Of a stretch of DNA of 64,000 nucleotides, positions 57,206-64,000 are shown one piece after another. The notes beneath the pieces are model-generated. The model was not told the DNA's origin. It was given only the letters and a program-made list of their open reading frames with translations, and did no database searches. Each line of letters begins with the position of its first letter. The first letter of the stretch is position 1. Location: positions 2,624,001-2,688,000 of the forward strand of contig OZ243961.1 in NCBI GenBank assembly GCA_965214605.1, read 5' to 3'. The DNA comes from an uncultured Candidatus Binatia bacterium. GTDB lineage: Bacteria; Desulfobacterota; Binatia; Bin18. Position numbers and translations under genes: made by a program.

Positions 57206-57998
57206 GTGACGTACCCTCCTCCAGACCGATCAAGGTTTCCCCTAAGAATGCTCCTGAGCCCATCAATTGCGCCCGTGTCAAAAAGTCGCCCTACAAGGGG
57301 GAGGTGATCCAAAAGTCTTGCCACGACTCTTCGAACGTGAACGTTTTTTGGTTCGCGTACTTGTAATAAAGATTGTGGACGGTTCGAAACATCGCTGCCT
57401 AATAGGAACACTCCCGATGAGTGAAACACGCCTCTTACTCGTCCAATGTTGTATCAATTTCGTGGTTGGTCAATTGAGCTATCGAAAAATGTTTGCAGTC
57501 ACTAACGTAATATCTACCGCCGTGTCTCCTTTTCGGGAATTTCCTCCAACCCGTTTACACTCTCCGGTATCTGGGACGACAGCACAAACCACCCGTCTCT
57601 GTATTACTGAAGCGTCCCTGCCGTTTCAGTTGACCCACCGCCGTAATGGCTCTTCGGACTCTCCTACCTGCTCCCTGTGTCAGGGTGAAGGTCTAGCTGC
57701 CGGGCCCAGTGTATCTGCGACAAGCCGCACCAATCAGAGTCCGCTTCAGAGGGGACGCCATCAATGCTACTAAAAGGTCGTATCTGCCGTTTCAAGTTGC
57801 CCTGCCGTGACGCTAGACATCAACGCTCTGGCCGCTTTCAAGTCCTAGCAGACATTATCTTCACGATTCCGATCGCGGGTAACACTCAGCCCTAACGAAG
57901 AACTTTCTTAAAGTCAATAATTTGCAACTGCCGGATCCTGGTGTCTTTCGAGATTTTTATCCCAACAGAAACAGGGGCTTCGCGTTTACAATGGGCCA

Positions 57999-59354
57999 CT
58001 ACCCCGCTGCCGAGTGCGGCTCGGAGAGCCGGCTGACGTTCAGATCATAGCCGGCGGCACCGACGATACGCACCGGCACAATCTCTCCGCTAGCTGCCTG
58101 GGTCTCCTGGGAAAAATAGACTACCCCATCGATATCGGGCGCTTGGCCGCGCGTTCGGCCCCATACCCGCCCCTGGTCATCGGTGTCACACATCAGGACG
58201 TCCTGCTCAGAGCCGATCAGCGACAGCTGTTTTTTGCGGACAACCTGATACTGGCGTTCCATGAGACGTGCCCACCGCTCGTGTTTGAGCGCATCTTCGA
58301 CCTGGTTTGGCATCAGCCCGGCTGGCGTGCCTTCTTCTTGCGAGTAGCGAAATACGCCAACGTGATCAATTTCTGCTTCGCCGATAAAGGCGAGCAGTTG
58401 GCGAAAGTCTTCTTCTTGCTCGCCCGGAAAGCCGACGATAAAAGAGCTGCGCAGGACGACTCCAGGGATATGGGTCCGAATCCGCTCTAGCAGGCGCCGA
58501 ATCCTATCCCCGCTTTTTTCTCGACGCATCGCTCGCAGCATTCGGTCGCTGATATGTTGGAGAGGCATATCGATGTACGGGCAGACTTTTTCTTCTTCGG
58601 CAATGCCACGCAACACGGCCGCGTCCAGATAGTTTGGGTAGCAGTACAATAGGCGGAGCCAGTCAATCCCGTCCACCCTACACAGCGCCCGCAGCAGCTC
58701 TAACAGGGTCGTTCCGTCGCGACGCTCCCGGCCGTAGGCGGTGAGATCTTGGGCAATCAGGTTGAGTTCACGGACGCCTTGGGCAGCCAGAGTCTCTGCT
58801 TCTGCGAGCAGAGAGTCGAGAGGGCGACTCTCTTGCCGCCCCCGAATCTTGGGGATAATGCAGAAGGCACATTGATGGTTACAGCCCTCGGCGACTTTGA
58901 GATAGGCGGAGTAAAATGGAGTGGTCGGCACGCGTGGGGCGCTATGATCGGGCAGAACGTGGCCCGCCCCAACATATGAGACCGGACCGGCTAGCGCTTT
59001 CCGCTTGGCGCGTAAAATTTCGGTGATCCGCAAAAACTCGCCGGTGCCGACAAAAACGTCAACCTCGGGCAACGAGGTCCGCAGCTCGTGTCCGTAGCGT
59101 TGGGCTAGGCAGCCGGTCACAATGAGTTGCTTGGCCGGGCTGTTCTCTTTGTAGGCAGCCAGCTCAAGAATCGTCTCAATCGATTCTTCCTTGGCCTCCT
59201 CGATAAAGCTACAGGTGTTGACCATCAGGATGCCCGCCCGGTCTGGATCAAGGCTCATGGTGTAGCCCGCTTGGGCTAGGAGGCCGAGCATCACCTCTCC
59301 GTCGACCAGGTTTTTAGGGCAGCCTAGGTTGACCATGTATACGGTTTTGTCCAT
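57999..59354 (-). CDS. rimO: Ribosomal protein S12 methylthiotransferase
   Basis: LGCPKNLVD, NTCSFI, EGCNHQCAFC radical SAM motif, APDIDG TRAM region. Confidence 0.95.
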   Translation of the reverse strand: MDKTVYMVNLGCPKNLVDGEVMLGLLAQAGYTMSLDPDRAGILMVNTCSFIEEAKEESIETILELAAYKENSPAKQLIVTGCLAQRYGHELRTSLPEVDVFVGTGEFLRITEILRAKRKALAGPVSYVGAGHVLPDHSAPRVPTTPFYSAYLKVAEGCNHQCAFCIIPKIRGRQESRPLDSLLAEAETLAAQGVRELNLIAQDLTAYGRERRDGTTLLELLRALCRVDGIDWLRLLYCYPNYLDAAVLRGIAEEEKVCPYIDMPLQHISDRMLRAMRREKSGDRIRRLLERIRTHIPGVVLRSSFIVGFPGEQEEDFRQLLAFIGEAEIDHVGVFRYSQEEGTPAGLMPNQVEDALKHERWARLMERQYQVVRKKQLSLIGSEQDVLMCDTDDQGRVWGRTRGQAPDIDGVVYFSQETQAASGEIVPVRIVGAAGYDLNVSRLSEPHSAAG

Positions 59355-59386
59355 ACCGCTTGTCTGGGGCTGTGCGAGAAACAGCC

Positions 59387-60289
59387 TTACTCATCTTCGT
59401 TTTTGTCATCTTTGCGTTGCTGCAAGAAGCGTTGGAGTGCATCTTCTATGCCGCCATGGCCGTTAGCGTGGCCGTTGCCATTGCCTTTGGGCGCGGTTTC
59501 GAGTTCACCCTCTTCCTCTTTGTCACGGTCTTCGAGTTGCTTGACATAGGCGGCCATATTGGGATTCTCGGCTATGGCTTGGGCGACCTTCGCATCAAAA
59601 TCAAACGCCTGGGTGCTCAGCTCTGCCGTTTCAATACTAAATTTGAGGAAGGACTCAATCCGTTCGACGAGGGCCAGTGCGGCCTTGGGGTTGGGCGTGG
59701 CCGAGATATAATGCGGAACATTGGCCCAAAAGCTGGCCGAAGCGACGCCGGCTTGGCGACAGGCGTCGTTAAACACGCCAACAATGCCGGTTGGGCCTTC
59801 ATATCGGGACGGCGTGATCTGAATTTGGTTGGCCAGGGTTGGATCGCTTGAAAAGCCCACCACCCGAACCGGACGTGAATAGGCCACATCGGCCAGTAGC
59901 GCCCCGAGGGTGATGACGAGATTCACCCCGCACTGTTTGGCCAAATCAAGAATCACGGCCGAATATGTTCTCCACTTCAACTGGGGTTCAATCCCCACCC
60001 CCAGAATTAGATTGCGACGCAGAGCGGGAGTGGTGGAGTAAAAAAAGTCGTTGGCCGGCCACTTAATCTCACGGTACAAACCTTGTCGGAGACGCACCTG
60101 GGGGCGGGTTTCAGAAAAATCATAAAATTCTTCGGGGTCAATTCCGGCAAACTTGCGGGCTTGCACTCCTTTGACCAAGAACTCGGCGGCGTGTGTCGCC
60201 GCATTGCCAGCGTCGTTCCAGCCGGCAAAGGCAACGATTAAAACGGGGTCGCTGAGTGTGGGGAGTTTGTCTATCTGTAATGCGCTCAT
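59387..60289 (-). CDS. PAC2 family (proteasome assembly chaperone-like) protein
   Basis: AFAGWNDAG, IDPEEFYDF...RP, GIEPQLKW, YEGPTGIVG, WANVPHY, PNPKA. Confidence 0.85.
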   Translation of the reverse strand: MSALQIDKLPTLSDPVLIVAFAGWNDAGNAATHAAEFLVKGVQARKFAGIDPEEFYDFSETRPQVRLRQGLYREIKWPANDFFYSTTPALRRNLILGVGIEPQLKWRTYSAVILDLAKQCGVNLVITLGALLADVAYSRPVRVVGFSSDPTLANQIQITPSRYEGPTGIVGVFNDACRQAGVASASFWANVPHYISATPNPKAALALVERIESFLKFSIETAELSTQAFDFDAKVAQAIAENPNMAAYVKQLEDRDKEEEGELETAPKGNGNGHANGHGGIEDALQRFLQQRKDDKNEDE

Positions 60290-60354
60290 GACTTCCCCTC
60301 CTTCGGAGCTATAAAAAATGGGACATTGCGGCACTGGTCAAGCGTCGCAGGAGT

Positions 60355-60756
60355 CTACCTGCTTCCCGGACTATTGCCAAGGGATTCGAACCAGGGCAGC
60401 GTGTCTTTGAAAAAATATCCTCCCAGCACGAAGAGCACGAGGAGGACAAGCCCAATGACGACCGGACGCACAAACGATCGCGGCGCTTTCAGCGGCACGC
60501 TTTCCATAGCCGTTCTTCTTTGGCTATCGGCCAGGAAGCGGGCGACGGTTTCCGCCGGGTCTAGGTCAAGAAACAGGGAGTAGGTGCGCAGAAAGGGGAC
60601 CAGATACAAAGTATCGGCCAGGAGGTGCGAATCGCCCTGCCCCTCCAAAATGTGCAGATATGGTTCTGGGATACGCGTCTGCTCGCACGCTTCTTGGGGC
60701 GAGAGCCCTTGCGCTTCTCGTTTTTGCCTGAGTAGTGTTGCGAGTTCTCCTGCCAT
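60355..60756 (-). CDS. Short RodZ-like HTH membrane protein
   Basis: LRQKREAQGLS...TRI...LE, FLRTYSLFLDLD, single C-terminal TM. Confidence 0.75.
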   Translation of the reverse strand: MAGELATLLRQKREAQGLSPQEACEQTRIPEPYLHILEGQGDSHLLADTLYLVPFLRTYSLFLDLDPAETVARFLADSQRRTAMESVPLKAPRSFVRPVVIGLVLLVLFVLGGYFFKDTLPWFESLGNSPGSR

Positions 60757-60786
60757 AGGTTCGTACTCTCTACGGGAGACGCCGGC

Positions 60787-61885
60787 TTAGGCGGCCAGGC
60801 GTTGGAGTAAATATGCCTCAATAAAGGGATCGATATCGCCGTCGAGCACCGCGTCCGTATTTCCGATCTCGACCCCCGTGCGGTGATCTTTCACCATGCG
60901 ATAAGGGTGCAGGACATATGAGCGAATTTGGCTCCCCCAGGCAATATCCTTTTTATTCTTTTCCAAATCCTCCATCCTCTCTTTTTGTTTTTCCAACTCA
61001 CGCTCATACAGGCGGGCGCGCAAAATTTTTAGCGCCGTCGTCCGGTTGCGATGCTGCGACCGCTCATTTTGACAGGTCACGACAATACCACTCGGCAGGT
61101 GAGTCAGGCGAACGGCCGAGTCGGTTTTATTGACGTGCTGGCCGCCCGCTCCGCTGGCCCGATAGGTATCCACGCGAAGATCCTCGGGGCGAATATCGAC
61201 CTCAACACTGTCGTCAATCTCCGGGTACACGAACAACGAGGCAAAAGATGTGTGGCGCCGGGCATTGCCATCAAAAGGAGAGATGCGGACGAGGCGGTGA
61301 ATCCCCGCTTCGGCGCGCAGATAGCCATACGCATATGCGCCCTCTACGGTAAACGTGGCGCTCTTTAGTCCGCCTCCTTCTGCCGGCAGGTACTCGACAA
61401 CTTCTGCTGTAAAACCACGCCGCTCTGCCCAGCGCAAGTAGAGGCGGAGCAACATATCGGCCCAGTCTTGGGCTTCGAGTCCCCCGGCACCGGGATGGAG
61501 ACTCACGATCGCATTGTGGCTGTCGTGCTCACCGCCGAGCAGCTGCTGCATTTCGGCTGTACTGACGGCCTGGTCAATGTCGGCCACCATGCTTTCGACC
61601 TCACTGGCCGCTTCGGCGTCACCCGCCTCGGCCATCTCAAAGAAGACGAGAGCATCGGCGAGCGTCTGCTGCTGCTTTTTCCAAGCGCTGACGATCTCTC
61701 GCAGCGCGGCGCGTTCTTTGAGGACGGCCTGGGCTTGGTCTTGATCGTGCCAAAATTCATTGGCGGCGATGAGTTCTTCGAGCGTGGCGACGCGGGCTTC
61801 TTTTCCGGCAATGTCAAAGATGCCTCCCAAGATTATCGATCCGGGTTTGGAGTGCGGTCAGTTTTTCTTTAAGCTCGGCCAGCAT
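60787..61885 (-). CDS. prfB: Peptide chain release factor 2 (programmed +1 frameshift)
   Basis: ATG 61885, 23 codons to GGGAGG-CAT-CTT-TGA-C; SPF and GGQ motifs in the shifted frame. Confidence 0.96.
61813..61828 (-). promoter_or_regulatory. prfB +1 frameshift site with internal SD
   Basis: GGGAGG-CAT-CTTTGAC on the minus strand. Confidence 0.92.
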
Positions 61886-63479
61886 ACGCTCCTCCGTTAC
61901 GATCTCGGTAATGCCTCACGCCGCGATATCCTAGCATACCCAGACAGCCGAGGGCACACAGGTGAGCAAAGACATCTCCATACCTGGTATAAAAGCTGGT
62001 CACCTGAGGCCAGGTGATTTCTTCGACAAAGAACGTCCTCTCGTACAGCTCGGTACGAGTCCGAATCACCCCCGTCACATCGACCACAGCGGAAATCCCG
62101 GTATTGGCCGCCCGGACGAGCGGCACGCGGTTTTCAACCGCTCGCAGAGCTTCCATCATCAGGTGTTGATACGGGGCTGCGGTCCGGCCGAACCAGGCGT
62201 CATTGGTAATATTCACGAGAAAGGTGGCGCCGTGCTCAACAAAGTGGCGGGCCAGCTCGGGAAAAATTCCCTCGTAGCAGATCAGGACGCCAAAGGCGTG
62301 CGGTGGGAGCTTGAAGACGGTTGGCTTGGTGCCAGGGGCAAAGTCGCCAATGCCTTCGACAAGTTTATCCAGAAAAAACAGAAAGCTGTCCTGAAAAGGA
62401 ATAAATTCGCCAAATGGCGTGAGAATCATCTTGTCGTACCGGTCCACGACCTCGGCGTCGGCAGACAGCAAATAGGCTCGGTTAAACAGGGTGACGTGTC
62501 GGGCGTTGCGGTGGAAGGCCGGGCTGCCGAACAGCAGCGGGGTTTTGGTTTCGCGCGCCAGATTGAGGATCCGGCCCCGGTAAGTGTAGTCTGACTGAAA
62601 GAAAAAGGGAACAGCGGTTTCCGGCCAGGCGATCAGATCGGTGTCCTGAGAGGCGGCCAGGCGCGTCATTTGGGCGTAGCGCGCGATTGTTTCGGCCTGA
62701 AAAGCCGGCTGCCATTTTTCATCCTGTTCGATGTTGGCCTGGACGACTCCGACACGCAGGCGGTGGTCCTGGGGGAGGGCCGCCAGCTGAGAGCGACGCC
62801 AGGAACCCCAGGCCACGACGCACAGGACGAGGACCACCGTTCCGAGTAGCAGGCGTCCGCGCCCCGGACCGCGTTTATAGACCAGGGTGAAGAGGACGAG
62901 ATTGCCGAAGATGACCAGGGCGGAGATACCGTACACGCTGGTCACCTCGGCAATTTGGATCAGATTCAGCGAGCGATGTTGCGAATAGCCCAGACTGACC
63001 CACGGAAAACCGATAAAGAAAAACGACCGCAGCCACTCCAGGCTTACCCAGAGCAGGGGACCGAAGACCAGCAGCCATCGCCAGCGGCCCTTGCACCAGC
63101 GGACGCCGAGGGCAAAAGCGCCGGTGTAGGCAGCCAGAATGCTACACATCAGGAAGAGGGGGATGACGGCGACGACCGGATGGAGATTGCTATAGAGACC
63201 GATGGTGTGGACAACCCAGGAGACGGAGCACAAATAGAAGCCCATGCCGCCAACCCAGCCGTAGAAAAAGGCGTGGCTGAGGGGGCGTTCCCAGACCACC
63301 CACAGCAGGGGAACAAAGGCGACCCAGGCCAAAAAGCCAAGATCGGCTTTTGGAAAGGCGAGCGATAGCAGCACCCCGCTGACAAAGACCAAACCGGCCC
63401 CCCTGAGGCGCAGCAGGGCGAGCGGCAGAAAACGGAAAGGCAAACGATGAGAACCACCTCGTCTCAATGCGCTCACCAT
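61869..63479 (-). CDS. lnt: Apolipoprotein N-acyltransferase
   Basis: GFPW, QANI, WPETA, YDK..LTPFGEFIP, LICYE, TNDAWFG, RAANTGIS. Confidence 0.95.
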   Translation of the reverse strand: MVSALRRGGSHRLPFRFLPLALLRLRGAGLVFVSGVLLSLAFPKADLGFLAWVAFVPLLWVVWERPLSHAFFYGWVGGMGFYLCSVSWVVHTIGLYSNLHPVVAVIPLFLMCSILAAYTGAFALGVRWCKGRWRWLLVFGPLLWVSLEWLRSFFFIGFPWVSLGYSQHRSLNLIQIAEVTSVYGISALVIFGNLVLFTLVYKRGPGRGRLLLGTVVLVLCVVAWGSWRRSQLAALPQDHRLRVGVVQANIEQDEKWQPAFQAETIARYAQMTRLAASQDTDLIAWPETAVPFFFQSDYTYRGRILNLARETKTPLLFGSPAFHRNARHVTLFNRAYLLSADAEVVDRYDKMILTPFGEFIPFQDSFLFFLDKLVEGIGDFAPGTKPTVFKLPPHAFGVLICYEGIFPELARHFVEHGATFLVNITNDAWFGRTAAPYQHLMMEALRAVENRVPLVRAANTGISAVVDVTGVIRTRTELYERTFFVEEITWPQVTSFYTRYGDVFAHLCALGCLGMLGYRGVRHYRDRNGGAYAGRA

Positions 63480-63482
63480 CCT

Positions 63483-63971
63483 CTAGAGCAGGGCTTTGAG
63501 CTCGTGTTCTTTGCGCCGCATTTGTCGCGCCGCACTGGGCGAGACCTCGTGGTCGTAGCCGAAGAGGTGTAAAATCCCGTGAATCAACAAGACTTGGATT
63601 TCTTCGGCCGTGTGAGAGCCGCGTCTTGCGGCCTGGCGAGCGGCGGTCTCGACCGAGATAATGACCTCTCCGAGCAAAAACGGGCAGGCCGCGTCGGCGA
63701 GGGGGAAGGAGAGTACATCAGTCGGGGTGTCCTTGTGGCGGTACTGACGGTTGAGACGGCGCATCTGCAGATCGCTGACTAGGGCGATGCTGAGTTCGGT
63801 CGGGGTCTGGCCGAGGTGGCGGACGATCGTCTTGGCCCAGCCTCGGAGTACGCTCCGACTTACCGCCGGTGTCGTCCCGTAGATGTCGATGACGAGTCCC
63901 GACTTGGCGGCGCCGACGGCGCTCTCGGCGTTCTTGTCTGAGCTGCTCTCGTTTTTCTTGGTCACGTTCAT
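63483..63971 (-). CDS. ybeY: rRNA maturation endoribonuclease YbeY
   Basis: LNRQYRHKDTPTDVLSF, HGILHLFGYDH; start uncertain. Confidence 0.92.
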   Translation of the reverse strand: MNVTKKNESSSDKNAESAVGAAKSGLVIDIYGTTPAVSRSVLRGWAKTIVRHLGQTPTELSIALVSDLQMRRLNRQYRHKDTPTDVLSFPLADAACPFLLGEVIISVETAARQAARRGSHTAEEIQVLLIHGILHLFGYDHEVSPSAARQMRRKEHELKALL

Positions 63972-64000
63972 AGGCGCTAATCACATCTTGGACAAGCCGG
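63718..64000 (-). CDS. phoH: 3' end of a PhoH-family ATPase (truncated by the window edge)
   Basis: RLVQDVISAYE resembles the PhoH C-terminus; phoH-ybeY-lnt synteny. Confidence 0.55.
   Translation of the reverse strand, partial: RLVQDVISAYERDQEKREQLRQERRERRRRRQVGTRHRHLRDDTGGKSERTPRLGQDDRPPPRPDPDRTQHRPSQRSADAPSQPSVPPQGHPD

Noticed and set aside
61813-61828. In-frame stop in prfB
   Set aside because: This is the well-known autoregulatory +1 frameshift, neither novel nor a pseudogene
1-64000. Many long antisense or alternate-frame ORFs in the track (e.g. 14652..15545, 28675..29496, 56405..57307), and a search for CRISPR, tRNA, rRNA and transposases
   Set aside because: The ORFs are shadows of well-supported genes in GC-rich DNA; I saw no repeat-spacer array, stable RNA gene or transposase motif

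Overview
GC-rich bacterial chromosomal window. The gene content (DUF1329, DksA, RimO, PAC2, a Sec-type ORF) suggests a deltaproteobacterial-grade/Binatia-like organism, but that is inference only. Left to right: end of an SDR; a probable selenocysteine-containing glutaredoxin-DinB fusion missed by the ORF track; a K+ channel/YbjN/PspA/DUF4178 + lipoprotein/DUF350/SpeE/SpeD module; etfAB, IclR, formyl-metabolism and biotin carboxylase genes, thrB-like, GGT and DUF1329; an OmpR-type two-component pair; a ~16.5 kb Tad/Flp pilus block whose main operon embeds a di-haem cytochrome c peroxidase and a DAHL-sensor kinase with no visible phospho-acceptor His; TetR, degP-like, clpP and several metabolic genes; an ECF sigma operon with a zinc anti-sigma/Ogt/Ada-Zn triple fusion plus an ATL protein; CoA/TPP enzymes; dksA with an upstream tandem structured element; rimO, PAC2, rodZ-like, frameshifted prfB, lnt, ybeY and the 3' end of phoH. 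I saw no rRNA, tRNA, CRISPR array or transposase. Best candidates for undescribed biology are the ECF alkylation-sensing module, the peroxidase-DAHL Tad operon and the Sec-Grx-DinB protein. All family calls come from motif recognition by eye; no database searches were run.
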